20,000 nt of DNA, taken from sequence record DRR378314_1813; one strand, 5' to 3'. Every line of letters starts with the position of its first letter. The stretch's first letter is position 1. The notes under the pieces were generated by a model. The model was given only the letters and a program-made list of their open reading frames with translations. It was not told where the DNA came from and searched no databases. Positions 1 through 9,364 of the stretch are shown here, one piece after another. A program made the translations under genes and the position numbers.

Positions 1-147
1 ATGATTGCAGGCGCTCGAATGATATCGCAACTGTTTTCGGGATTTTTTCCGACAAACCCTTCCCCGGAGTTGAAATTCACCTAAACTGTTTTGGTATCGA
101 AAAAGGTCATAATAAGAAACTCGAATGGACGCGGGAGTTGGTATTTG

Positions 148-1095
148 ATGAAAGCGAGGCGAGCGTACGGCTGGCTGCCGGCCCTGGCATTAGCGCTGGT
201 TGGCCCAGGTATTGGCGTGTCTTCGGAGTACAGCCGGGCGGAGACACAGGAAACGGAATATCACCTGTGGTATCGGAACTACGACAGCCCGCCCATAAGA
301 GCGCTGGTCGCCCTCGCCTTCGACAAGACACCGGAATACGGCCCCTACCGAATCATCCGCACGCCGGAGATGGCTCAGGGCCGGGTTGTTCGTGAGCTTG
401 AGCAAGAGCAATCAGAGCTGGTCGACCTCGCCAACGTTGCCACCTCCAGCCAAAGAGAAAAGGACCTGAGAGCCATCCCCATTCCTATCGATGGTGGTCT
501 GCTGGGGCTTCGGGTTTGCGTAGTGCTTAAAGAAACGCTGCCCGAGTTCGAGAACATCCGCAGCATTGACGATATGCGGGATGCCGGTATCCGCATTGGC
601 CAGGGCACACACTGGCCGGATTCATCAATTCTGCAGACCAACGGCGTCAATGTGGTGACTCACTCGCGGTATGAAATTCTTTTCCGCATGCTGGAGAATC
701 ATCGTTTTGAATGCTTTGCTCGCGGCGTGAGCGAGGTCCTGTTCGATCTCAAGCTCGAAAACAACGAGGATTTCGTCATCGAACCTGACCTGCTCCTGGC
801 GTACCCCATGCCCTCCTACTTCTTCGTCAACCGCAATGACCATGAAACCGCCCAACGGCTGGAGCTGGGTATGGAGCGGGCCATTTTCGACGGCAGCTTC
901 GGCGCCTATCTCCATCAATACTACGGGCGCGCCATCGAAGAACTGGAACTGGAAAGCAGGAACGTCCTTGTCCTGGATAATCCCTATCTTACGAATGATT
1001 CCTGGGAGATTGGCAGCCGTGCTCTCAGCGAACTCCGGCGGCGCATTCAGCTGTTATCCGGCCCCGAGGAGACCTCGTCAGACCCGGAATCGTGA
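148..1095 (+). CDS. Periplasmic solute-binding-protein-like (type 2 PBP fold) exported protein, orphan
   Basis: ORF 91..1095. ATG at 148 chosen because GGGAG (133-137) precedes it and a signal peptide follows ([19 protein letters not shown]). Motifs [36 protein letters not shown] and [13 protein letters not shown] resemble marine gammaproteobacterial SBP-like proteins. Confidence 0.7.
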   Translation: MKARRAYGWLPALALALVGPGIGVSSEYSRAETQETEYHLWYRNYDSPPIRALVALAFDKTPEYGPYRIIRTPEMAQGRVVRELEQEQSELVDLANVATSSQREKDLRAIPIPIDGGLLGLRVCVVLKETLPEFENIRSIDDMRDAGIRIGQGTHWPDSSILQTNGVNVVTHSRYEILFRMLENHRFECFARGVSEVLFDLKLENNEDFVIEPDLLLAYPMPSYFFVNRNDHETAQRLELGMERAIFDGSFGAYLHQYYGRAIEELELESRNVLVLDNPYLTNDSWEIGSRALSELRRRIQLLSGPEETSSDPES

Positions 1096-2964
1096 CACGT
1101 TCTGACTGAGCGTGTGGCCAATCGATTCAATCTGGCCGCTGTACACATCGTTTTCGCTGGCCGCCCTGGCCGCCTCCTGCCCCTGGTCGGCAATTCGGGT
1201 AATGGACGAATTCAGCTCTTCCGTCACCGAGGTCTGTTCTTCAGACGCTGTGGCGATCTGCGAGGTCATTTGGCTGATTGACGTTATGGCATCGGCGATG
1301 CGGTTGAGTGATTCCATCGCATCCTGGGCCTTCTCCATGCTCACATTCGACACCGCAGTTGACGCCTTCATGACGTCCACGGCCTGGTTTGCGCCACTTT
1401 GAAGGCGTTCGATCATGTTGTTGATTTCTTCCGTGCTGTCCTGGGTGCGACGGGCAAGGTTTCGTACTTCATCCGCCACCACCGCAAAGCCGCGGCCTGC
1501 GTCTCCAGCCCTGGCGGCTTCAATGGCCGCGTTCAGTGCCAGCAGGTTGGTCTGTTCCGCAATGCCCTGAATGACTTCAAGGACGGAGGTGATATCCGTC
1601 ACATCCTTGCCAAGCTTGTCGATGACTTCCGCAGCCGCATTAATCTCCTTCGACAATTTTTGAACCGCATCCCGGGACGCGGCGACGGTTTCAAGTGAAG
1701 CGCGGCTATCCGCGTCTGCGGTGTTTGAGGCGTCCGCGGTCTGTTGGGCATTCTGCGCAATTTCGCCGGCTGCAGCGGACATCTCATTAATCGCAGTAGC
1801 CACCATATCAATCTCGGCCTGCTGCTTTTCAACGCTGTCACGGCTGGTGCTGGCGGTGTCCCGCAGGGACAGCACGTTTTCACCCAACTCGGAAGTGCCC
1901 CGCTGAACGTCTCGAACCACATTCTGGATATTCTCTACAAAACTGTTGAATTCGGCCGCAAGCTTACCGAACTCGTCGTTGGCGCTGTCGTCCAGACGCT
2001 TGGTGAGGTCCGCGTCGCCACTGGCAATGGAGGCCATGGCAGCATTCAGCCTGCGAACCGGAGACATCAGGAACCGAATGCCAAAATGCAGGATCACCAG
2101 CGACACCAGCAAACCAATGACCGCAATGATCAGGCCCGTCACGCGGGCAGCGTGGACCGGTGCGTTGATCTTGTCCTCATTGATAAACGTGCCGAGATAC
2201 CACTCCACGCCACGCGCTCCCTGAATGCGATGGAAGGCCGCGGACCAGTTGGCTTCTTCAGTGTCGTAGCGGTGGACCTCGCCACTGAGTCGGGGTGCCT
2301 CGCCCAACAGACCGCTGATTTTCTTGCCGACCAGCTCCTTGTTCGGGTGAAACAGCACCGTGCCATCGCGACTGATCAAAGCCGCATAGCCGGTGTCGGC
2401 CAGCGTAATGGTGGAGAGCGTCTGCTCGATCGTCTTAAGAGCAATATCACCGCCGATGACACCCTGGTAGGGCCCGCGCTTGACGGGCGCCAGGGTGGAA
2501 ATAATTGTGCCGCCGGTGCCAGCATCGAGATACGGTTCTGTGAACGACGCCGAGCCTTTCTGCTTCGCCTGTTTGAACCAGGGGCGCGTACGTGGGTCAA
2601 AATCCGCTGGCAACGTGGCTTCTGACGCGTCGTCCTTCATCAGCATGTAGCCGTCGTCACGGCCAACGTACACATCAATGAATCCACCGCCGGTTGTTGC
2701 GGCGGCAAGGATAACCCGGGCTTCCGCGTCGGTTTCCACCGACTCCAGCGCTTTTGCGGTTGCTTCGGTCATGGCAAGGCGGGTATTGAGCCAATCAGCG
2801 ATGCTCGACGTACTCTGGGCCACGGTGTCTTCAATCAGCGCATCGACATAGGTATCCGTGGTGTTTTGCAGCCGGAGGTTGCCGCTAATAGTAAACGCCC
2901 CCATAACAAGTAAGAGCAAGATACCGAAGGCAATGAGCAACTTCTGGCCGAAACTCAGGTTCAT
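1078..2964 (-). CDS. Methyl-accepting chemotaxis protein (TM-dCache-TM-HAMP-MCP signal), PctA-like
   Basis: Canonical signalling hairpin [37 protein letters not shown]; two TM helices; HAMP segment (DLTKRLD...DEFGKLA); dCache motif DPRTRPW...TEPYLD...GGDI. ATG at 2964 has an AAGGA SD upstream. Confidence 0.95.
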   Translation of the reverse strand: MNLSFGQKLLIAFGILLLLVMGAFTISGNLRLQNTTDTYVDALIEDTVAQSTSSIADWLNTRLAMTEATAKALESVETDAEARVILAAATTGGGFIDVYVGRDDGYMLMKDDASEATLPADFDPRTRPWFKQAKQKGSASFTEPYLDAGTGGTIISTLAPVKRGPYQGVIGGDIALKTIEQTLSTITLADTGYAALISRDGTVLFHPNKELVGKKISGLLGEAPRLSGEVHRYDTEEANWSAAFHRIQGARGVEWYLGTFINEDKINAPVHAARVTGLIIAVIGLLVSLVILHFGIRFLMSPVRRLNAAMASIASGDADLTKRLDDSANDEFGKLAAEFNSFVENIQNVVRDVQRGTSELGENVLSLRDTASTSRDSVEKQQAEIDMVATAINEMSAAAGEIAQNAQQTADASNTADADSRASLETVAASRDAVQKLSKEINAAAEVIDKLGKDVTDITSVLEVIQGIAEQTNLLALNAAIEAARAGDAGRGFAVVADEVRNLARRTQDSTEEINNMIERLQSGANQAVDVMKASTAVSNVSMEKAQDAMESLNRIADAITSISQMTSQIATASEEQTSVTEELNSSITRIADQGQEAARAASENDVYSGQIESIGHTLSQNVSRFRV

Positions 2965-3042
2965 TTTCCAGGTCCTTATCAAGACATTCTTAACGGGGGC
3001 GGACGCAAACGGCGTGTCGTCGGCCTATTATTCTTATAGTGG

Positions 3043-3069
3043 TTTTCGGCGTTTGCTGCGAAGTCTTTA
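3043..3069 (-). promoter_or_regulatory. Sigma28 (FliA) promoter of the chemoreceptor gene
   Basis: Minus strand reads TAAA-gacttcgcagcaaac(15 nt)-GCCGAAAA, one mismatch from TAAA-N15-GCCGATAA, about 80 nt upstream of an MCP gene, a typical FliA target. Confidence 0.8.
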
Positions 3070-3144
3070 GCGCTATCTGATAAAATACCCAAGACTATCA
3101 AGGATTCGTGTCACCACTTTCACGCCCAACGGGAGCTGCCGTAT

Positions 3145-4692
3145 ATGGCCCACGAAGAACTGCACCTCAACCTTCGTAACCTGACCAGCAACGATTACCC
3201 TCAGTTGCAGCGACTAATGGACAGGGTTTACGACGATATCGGCGGTGCCTGGCCGGAAGACACCATCGAGGCGCTGGTTGAGCAGTTTCCAGACGGACAG
3301 ATCTGCATAGAGGAGTCTGGAGAGCTGGTGGCCGTCGCCCTCACGGTGTGTGTCAAGTATGAGCGGTTCAGCAACCCGCATACCTACGACGACCTGATCC
3401 TGCGCAACGAAAAAATCTGGCACAACGCCAAAGGCGACTCGCTGTACGGCCTGGATGTGTTCATCCACCCCGACTATCGTGGTTACCGTCTTGGCCGGCG
3501 GCTTTACGAAGCCCGCAAGGAGCTTTGTCGCTCCATGAACCTGCGCGCCATTCTGGCCGGCGGTCGTATTCCCGGATATCACAAGTATTCCGACCAGCAC
3601 TCCCCGGAAGACTACATCCAGCGCGTTGACCGCAAGGACATTTACGACCCTATCCTGAGTTTCCAGCTGTCCAACGATTTCCAGGTCACCCGTTTGATGC
3701 ACAAATATCTGCCGGAAGACGAGAAGTCTCTCGGTTACGCCACGCTGCTGGAGTGGCGGAATATTCTGTACACACCGCCCTCACCGGTGCTCAGTGTCAA
3801 GAAAACACAGGTACGTCTGGGCGCGGTTCAGTGGCAGATGCGTGAATTCACATCCGTGGAGGAAGTGCTGGAGCAGGTGGAGTACTTCGTGGATGCGCTC
3901 TCGGACTATAAGAGTGATTTCGCCCTGTTCCCCGAGTTTTTCAATGCGCCGCTGATGGGCCTGACGGACCAGGTGGACCAGACACGCGCGATTCGCTTCC
4001 TGGCGGGTTTCACCGAACAGTTCCGCAATCAGATGTCGGAAATGGCGGTCAGCTATAACATCAACATCGTTACGGGCTCCATGCCTCTGCTCGAGAACGA
4101 CCGGGTCTACAACGTGTCCTACCTATGCCACCGCGACGGTCGTGTGGACGAGCAGCGCAAGATCCATATCACGCCCCATGAACGCCGTGACTGGGTCATC
4201 GAAGGGGGCGACAAGTTCCAGGTGTTCGATACCGACGCAGGCCGCGTGGCGATCATGATCTGCTACGACATCGAATTTCCGGAACTGGGGCGCCTGGCCG
4301 CCATCGAAGAGGTTGATATTATCCTGGTTCCGTTCTGGACGGACACCAAGAACGGCTACCTCCGGGTGCGTCACTGCGCACAGGCACGGGCGATTGAAAA
4401 CGAGTGCTACGTGGTGATCACCGGTAGCGTGGGCAACTTGCCCAAGGTTGAGAACCTGGACGTCCAGTATGCCCAGTCCTCCGTATTCTCACCGTCGGAC
4501 TTTGCGTTCCCCCACGATGCCGTTATGGCGGAAACGACCCCGAACACCGAAATGATCATGTTCTCGGATATGGACCTGGAGAAACTGAAGCTTGTGCGTA
4601 ACGAAGGGTCCGTCACCAACCTGAAAGACCGGCGCACGGATATTTACAAGCTGAATACGTTACAAACGGGCCAAAATGACACCGATAGTTGA
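3145..4692 (+). CDS. Bifunctional GNAT N-acetyltransferase / carbon-nitrogen hydrolase (nitrilase superfamily)
   Basis: N-terminal GNAT acetyl-CoA motif (VFIHPDYRGYRLGRRL). C-terminal nitrilase triad Glu (FPEFF), Lys (QRKIHIT), Cys (ICYDIEFPE), plus ARAIENECYV. GGGAG SD upstream. Confidence 0.92.
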   Translation: MAHEELHLNLRNLTSNDYPQLQRLMDRVYDDIGGAWPEDTIEALVEQFPDGQICIEESGELVAVALTVCVKYERFSNPHTYDDLILRNEKIWHNAKGDSLYGLDVFIHPDYRGYRLGRRLYEARKELCRSMNLRAILAGGRIPGYHKYSDQHSPEDYIQRVDRKDIYDPILSFQLSNDFQVTRLMHKYLPEDEKSLGYATLLEWRNILYTPPSPVLSVKKTQVRLGAVQWQMREFTSVEEVLEQVEYFVDALSDYKSDFALFPEFFNAPLMGLTDQVDQTRAIRFLAGFTEQFRNQMSEMAVSYNINIVTGSMPLLENDRVYNVSYLCHRDGRVDEQRKIHITPHERRDWVIEGGDKFQVFDTDAGRVAIMICYDIEFPELGRLAAIEEVDIILVPFWTDTKNGYLRVRHCAQARAIENECYVVITGSVGNLPKVENLDVQYAQSSVFSPSDFAFPHDAVMAETTPNTEMIMFSDMDLEKLKLVRNEGSVTNLKDRRTDIYKLNTLQTGQNDTDS

Positions 4693-4731
4693 TGAATCGC
4701 CTGAGAGCCCCATCGTATGACACTGAACACG

Positions 4732-4760
4732 TTGCCAAACTCACAGACTGTGGCTATTGT
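4732..4760 (+). promoter_or_regulatory. Putative sigma70 promoter for the 4839-8323 gene run
   Basis: TTGCCA (4732-4737), 17-nt spacer, TATTGT (4755-4760), in an AT-rich intergenic region. Confidence 0.55.
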
Positions 4761-4838
4761 TTAACCATATACGTTAAAGGTTATTCACCCGGGACGCCGT
4801 TGGGGCAATCCCGGGGACGCAGAAGAGACCCTGTTTAA

Positions 4839-5237
4839 ATGAACGAAGCACTGCCGGATCTTGTTGCCCATTTTCACATCAAGCGTGGCCTTTTTCGCCG
4901 TGAGCGAGTACAGGCTGCATTGTTCGAACTGGATCACTTCGGATGTGTGATGAAGACGGACAAGGTGTTCAATCCCGGTGATACGGTCGTTCTGGATCTT
5001 GTCATGGAAATGCCGTTTGACAACATCCGGGCAGACGGCATCACTGGCCTGGTCACCGAGCGTAGAAAGCACTGTAGCAATTTCTTCTATTCCGTTGATT
5101 TTGTTGAACTCAATGACAACTCCTCCTCGGCGCTGAGTGAAAAACTCAAGCGCATTCGGGAGGTTGTGATAAAGAAGCAAACGCTGAAGTCCAGACGTTC
5201 CTCGGGGCCCGCCTCCAGCATTCGGCAACTGGCCTGA
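4839..5237 (+). CDS. Hypothetical protein, possibly a degenerate PilZ-like beta-barrel
   Basis: 132-aa ORF. The pattern LFELDHFGCVM...FNPGDTVVLDL...GLVT...YSVDF resembles PilZ strand order, but canonical RxxxR and DxSxxG motifs are not evident. Confidence 0.55.
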   Translation: MNEALPDLVAHFHIKRGLFRRERVQAALFELDHFGCVMKTDKVFNPGDTVVLDLVMEMPFDNIRADGITGLVTERRKHCSNFFYSVDFVELNDNSSSALSEKLKRIREVVIKKQTLKSRRSSGPASSIRQLA

Positions 5238-5285
5238 ACCCACGCCTAACACTTCATTCAATCGCACCGTAAGGAGACAGTCCTC

Positions 5286-6047
5286 ATGGCGAAGAAAGCC
5301 AATAAGCAAAGTGTTGAAAAAGTCGTCAAGAAAGTGAACAAAGAGTTCGACAAAACATCGTCTCAGATCGAAAAGCTGATTAACGATGCCCTCAAGCAGT
5401 TCGACAGCCTGCAGAACCAGATTCAAGAGCCGGTCCGCAAGCTGCTGAAGGAAGTGGACGAGCTTCGTGACCGCGAAATGAAGCGGTTCAACGAAGAGTT
5501 CGAGCGTCGCTTGGGTGAGTTTCATGAATTGCAGAACAGCATCCTGGATCGCCTCGGCATTGCCAGCAAGGAAGCCAAGGAAGAAGTAAAGAAAGCTGCG
5601 GATCAAGCGGCCAAGAAGACCCCGAAAAAGTCCGCTCCGAGCAAGACAACGGCTAAGAAGCCAGCCGCTAAGAAAGCCGCACCCGCGAAAAAGGCCACAA
5701 CGGCCAAGAAATCTCCAGCGCCGAAGAAAGCCGCCCCAGGCAAAGCGAGTGCCACCGCCAAAAGCCCGGCTGCCGCGGCCAAAGCCGCTCCCAAAAAAGC
5801 GACGACAACGACCCGTACTGCGCGGAAACCGGCTGCCGCAAAGGCTGCTCCGAAGCCGAAGGACAAGAGCGATCTCACTCTGGTCAAAGGCATTGGGCCC
5901 GCAACCGCCCGCAAGATGAAAGAAGCAGGCATCACCTCGGTCGACCAGATCGCGAATCCGTCTGACGCGGATAAGGAAAAGCTAAAGGCGTTTTCAAACG
6001 TGAAAGGTTTTAGCACCTTCAGCGAAGAAGCCAAGAAAGTTACTTAA
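5286..6047 (+). CDS. Coiled-coil + Lys/Ala/Pro-rich histone-H1-like linker + C-terminal helix-hairpin-helix protein
   Basis: AAGGAG SD. Residues about 1-105 are helical and charged; central KKPAAKKAAPAKK-type repeats; C-terminal DLTLVKGIGPATARKMKEAGITSVDQIA is a typical HhH motif. Confidence 0.8.
   Translation: MAKKANKQSVEKVVKKVNKEFDKTSSQIEKLINDALKQFDSLQNQIQEPVRKLLKEVDELRDREMKRFNEEFERRLGEFHELQNSILDRLGIASKEAKEEVKKAADQAAKKTPKKSAPSKTTAKKPAAKKAAPAKKATTAKKSPAPKKAAPGKASATAKSPAAAAKAAPKKATTTTRTARKPAAAKAAPKPKDKSDLTLVKGIGPATARKMKEAGITSVDQIANPSDADKEKLKAFSNVKGFSTFSEEAKKVT
5590..5862 (+). repeat. Low-complexity K/A/P/T-rich coding repeats (KKAAP/KKPAA-like)
   Basis: Degenerate peptide repeats such as AKKPAAKKAAPAKKATTAKKSPAPKKAAP in the translation. 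Confidence 0.75.
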
Positions 6048-8323
6048 TGCAATCACCCGATCAGCCTGTTTTACGGGACATTGTCCTGATTGGCGGCGGA
6101 CACAGCCACGTAGGCGTTCTCAAGCGCTTTGCCATGAACCCGGTGCCTGGTGTCCGCCTTACCCTTATCTGCAGAGACACCCATACGCCCTACTCCGGCA
6201 TGTTGCCCGGCTATGTGGCCGGGCACTATTCCTACGACGACGTCCATATCGACCTGAGCAAACTGGCGGAGTTTGCGGGTGCGCGGTTCTATCGCGATGA
6301 AGTTGTGGGCATAGACCGCGATCGCAAACGGGTAATCTGCCGTTCCCGGCCAGACGTGCCCTACGACATCCTGTCCGTGAACATCGGCTCCGCTCCCCGG
6401 GTAGGCGACGTCAATGGTGCCGCCGACCATGCCGTGCCCGTCAAGCCGATCAATGGCTTCAACAACCGATGGCTGTCGCTCCTGTCGCGGCTGGAAAACC
6501 ATGAAGGCCCGATGACGGTTGCGGTGGTCGGTGCGGGTGCGGGCGGCGTTGAACTGACCCTGGCCATGCAGTTCCGCCTACTAAACGAGCTCCAGAAACG
6601 AGGCCACGACCCGGATCAGTTGCACTTCCATTTGTTTGATGCGAACCAGCAGATCCTGCCCACCCATAACAGCAAAGCACGTGCAGTATTTGTGGAAACG
6701 CTCGCAACCCGCGGTGTGAAAGTGCACCTGGGATCGGCGGTCTCGTTGGTGGAAGCGAATCGATTAACGACCGAATCCGGCGACACCCTGACGGTCGATG
6801 AGGTTCTTTGGGTCACCCGGGCCGGCGGCCCTGATTGGCTGCAGGATACCGGCCTTGCGCTGGATGACGGTGGCTTTATACGGGTAGCGGATACCCTTCA
6901 GACGGAGACCGACGACGACATTTTCGCGGCGGGCGACATCGCCAACGTCGTTAATCACCCTCGCGAAAAGGCCGGCGTGTTTGCAGTGCGCCAAGGCCGC
7001 CCCCTGGCGGACAACCTCAGGCGCCATGCCCTGGGCAAAACGACCAAATCATTTAAGCCGCAGAAGAAATGGCTGGCGCTGATCAGTACCGGTGACAAGT
7101 TTGCGGTGGCCTCCCGTGGCGAATTTTCGGTGGCCGGAAGATGGGTCTGGCGCTGGAAAGACGGTATTGATCGGCGCTTTATGGCGAAGTTCAATGATCT
7201 CCCCGCGATGGAAGAAAATGCCGCCCTGCCCGACACCGGTGCCGCACAGAACCCCGAAGAGGCATCACAGGCCATATCGGCGGTCGCAATGCGTTGCGGG
7301 GGCTGCGGCGCCAAAGTCGGCAGTACCGTACTGTCACGAGCGTTGGGCGAGTTGCGGCCCATTGAGCGGGACGACATCCTTATTGGACTGCACGCACCCG
7401 ACGACGCGGCGGTACTGACCGTCCCACCTGGCAAAGCCGTGGTTCATACCGTGGACTTTTTCCGTGCCTTTATTGACGACCCCTATGTGTTTGGCCGGGT
7501 GGCTGCGAATCACGCACTGGGCGACGTATTTGCCATGGGCGCCGAGGCACAGAGCGCCACCGCGGTTGCGACCGTGCCCTACGGCATTGAATCCAAGGTG
7601 GAGGACGTGGTTTACCAGATGATGTCCGGCGCCGTGGAAGCGCTCAATGAAGCTGGCTGCGCGCTGGTGGGCGGCCACACGGGTGAAGGCCGGGAACTGG
7701 CCCTGGGCTTTGCGGTTAACGGGCTGATTGATCCGGACGAGGTGATGAGCAAGGGCGGCTTACGGGCTGGCGATGCTCTCCTGCTGACCAAACCCATCGG
7801 CACGGGCACCCTGTTCGCTGCCCACGCCAAGCTCGCAGCGAAGGGCCGCTGGATTGATTCCGCCCTTGCCTCCATGATGCAGTCCAACAAAGAGGCAGCC
7901 CAGTGTCTGCGCCGCTATGGATCAAGGGCATGCACTGACGTGACCGGCTTCGGTTTGCTCGGCCACCTGGTGGAGATGACCCGGCCGTCCGGCGTTGATG
8001 CAGAGCTGGATCTCACGGCGATTCCGATTCTGCCCGGCGCAGAAGAAACAGCGGCAGCGGGTATTCTCAGTTCACTGCAACCTGCCAACATTCGCCTGCG
8101 CCGTGGTATCCGTGACCAGGAGAAGTGGGTCAGGCACCCGCGCTATCCTTTGATCTTCGATCCGCAAACGGCTGGTGGCCTGTTGGCCAGCGTGCCCGCC
8201 GACCAGGCCGATGCCTGTGTCGAAGAGTTGAAGGCATTGGGTTACCCACACACCGCCATTATTGGGCGTGTGTTGCCCCAGGACGAAAGCGGGCCGGTTG
8301 AGCCCATCACGCTTCGGGACTGA
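6047..8323 (+). CDS. selD: Selenide, water dikinase (selenophosphate synthetase) fused to an N-terminal FAD/NAD(P)-dependent pyridine nucleotide-disulfide oxidoreductase domain
   Basis: N-terminal Rossmann motifs IVLIGGGHSH and VVGAGAGGVE, YSGMLPG and IFAAGD. C-terminal SelD motifs CGGCGAKV, DDAAV, TVDFF, FGRVAANHALGDVFAMG, GGHT, LTKPIGTG, TDVTGFGLLGHL and DPQTAGGLL. Confidence 0.93.
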   Translation: MQSPDQPVLRDIVLIGGGHSHVGVLKRFAMNPVPGVRLTLICRDTHTPYSGMLPGYVAGHYSYDDVHIDLSKLAEFAGARFYRDEVVGIDRDRKRVICRSRPDVPYDILSVNIGSAPRVGDVNGAADHAVPVKPINGFNNRWLSLLSRLENHEGPMTVAVVGAGAGGVELTLAMQFRLLNELQKRGHDPDQLHFHLFDANQQILPTHNSKARAVFVETLATRGVKVHLGSAVSLVEANRLTTESGDTLTVDEVLWVTRAGGPDWLQDTGLALDDGGFIRVADTLQTETDDDIFAAGDIANVVNHPREKAGVFAVRQGRPLADNLRRHALGKTTKSFKPQKKWLALISTGDKFAVASRGEFSVAGRWVWRWKDGIDRRFMAKFNDLPAMEENAALPDTGAAQNPEEASQAISAVAMRCGGCGAKVGSTVLSRALGELRPIERDDILIGLHAPDDAAVLTVPPGKAVVHTVDFFRAFIDDPYVFGRVAANHALGDVFAMGAEAQSATAVATVPYGIESKVEDVVYQMMSGAVEALNEAGCALVGGHTGEGRELALGFAVNGLIDPDEVMSKGGLRAGDALLLTKPIGTGTLFAAHAKLAAKGRWIDSALASMMQSNKEAAQCLRRYGSRACTDVTGFGLLGHLVEMTRPSGVDAELDLTAIPILPGAEETAAAGILSSLQPANIRLRRGIRDQEKWVRHPRYPLIFDPQTAGGLLASVPADQADACVEELKALGYPHTAIIGRVLPQDESGPVEPITLRD

Positions 8324-9287
8324 GCCTGGCAGCGGCAAAGGCCTGTTCAATGGCCGCCAACAAGGCAGCCTGTTCCGCTTCCGGGGTGAAACAACCGGCG
8401 AGCTCGGTAACGCGAGCCGTCAGTTCTCGGAGAAACCCGGGGGATGTTTCCGCTCGCTGTAATACCTCGGCGAGATCGGCTTCATCACCTACTTTGAAGT
8501 ACCCGGGATAATCATCGCCCAGGAGCCCGATGTTACCGGATATATCCGATGCAATGACCGGCAGGCCCGCACGGCAGGCTTCCGACACAACGTTGGCACC
8601 GCCCTCCATGACCGAACTGATCACCATGGCGCGGGAGCGCCCCATCAGTTGTTGGATGCCAGCCTTATCGACTTCTCCTAACCACTGGAAGCGGGGGTTG
8701 GTGGCCTGCTCATCCAACGCACAGGTTGCCCACTCTGGCGTATGCGCCATACCGGCATTGATGACGTGTAGGGTAGACGTCGCGGGCAGATGTCTCACTG
8801 CCAATGAGGCACGGAGCGGGTCTTTCTCACCCCTCAGATGGCCGATGACACAAACGCCAAACCCGCTGGCGCTGTCCGCTGTCTCTCTAATTGGCTGTTC
8901 GGCGGATTGAAGCACGGTCACCAGCTTGGCGACGAATGACTTTGGGATATCACGGGCAACCCGATGATGGAGCCCGATCAGGCAATCGGCCAGGGCCATT
9001 GAATTGAGGGTTTGTTCCGGATAGCGGTACTGGTAGTCATAGATATCGGTGCCCGTAAGCACGACAATCAATGGCGTTTCCGGGTTCAGGTCTCGGAAGC
9101 GCGCCACAGCTTCGTGACTTCTCCAGGCGTGTAGCGCGATAAATAGGTCACAGGACTCATCGGTGTATTCGGTAAGCAGAGACACCAGGTGCCCCATGTT
9201 CTGAAGCAGCAGACGCCAACGCTCCGCTGTTGCCCTGTTCCCAGCTTTAGACCCCGGCTGTGCAGGCGTGATTAATGCTATTTCCAT
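8307..9287 (-). CDS. senB: Selenosugar synthase SenB-family GT-B glycosyltransferase (TIGR04348-like)
   Basis: Family-typical motifs ITPA...GNRATAERW, ALHAWRS, VLTGTDIY, VIGHLRGEKDP, SSVMEGGANVVSEA and GNIGLLGDDYPGYF; adjacent to selD. Confidence 0.88.
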   Translation of the reverse strand: MEIALITPAQPGSKAGNRATAERWRLLLQNMGHLVSLLTEYTDESCDLFIALHAWRSHEAVARFRDLNPETPLIVVLTGTDIYDYQYRYPEQTLNSMALADCLIGLHHRVARDIPKSFVAKLVTVLQSAEQPIRETADSASGFGVCVIGHLRGEKDPLRASLAVRHLPATSTLHVINAGMAHTPEWATCALDEQATNPRFQWLGEVDKAGIQQLMGRSRAMVISSVMEGGANVVSEACRAGLPVIASDISGNIGLLGDDYPGYFKVGDEADLAEVLQRAETSPGFLRELTARVTELAGCFTPEAEQAALLAAIEQAFAAARLSPEA

Positions 9288-9364
9288 CGTTACAGGTGCC
9301 CGTAAAGATTTTCTTTTTTAGAGGGAGATCCATAACCTGTTTAGATCAGGGAATCGTATAGCTG

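Noticed and set aside
1744-2625. 293-aa plus-strand ORF
   Set aside because: Antisense to the MCP, no recognisable motifs; a typical high-GC shadow ORF.
3005-3056. Imperfect inverted repeat GCAAACGGCG / CGGCGTTTGC upstream of the MCP
   Set aside because: The 32-nt spacer is long and one arm is explained by the sigma28 promoter; probably chance.
4786-4830. c-di-GMP riboswitch upstream of the PilZ-like gene
   Set aside because: Only one hairpin; the two-stem tetraloop/receptor architecture is not recognisable.
4785-5606. 273-aa minus-strand ORF
   Set aside because: Antisense shadow of two better-supported plus-strand genes; its Leu/Phe richness mirrors their Lys/Glu codons.
5603-6034. 143-aa hydrophobic minus-strand ORF resembling a membrane protein
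   Set aside because: Reverse complement of the Lys/Ala repeats produces Phe/Leu/Ala runs; an artefact.
7289-7315. Selenocysteine (UGA) at the SelD active site
   Set aside because: Both codons are TGC (Cys) and the frame has no internal TGA.
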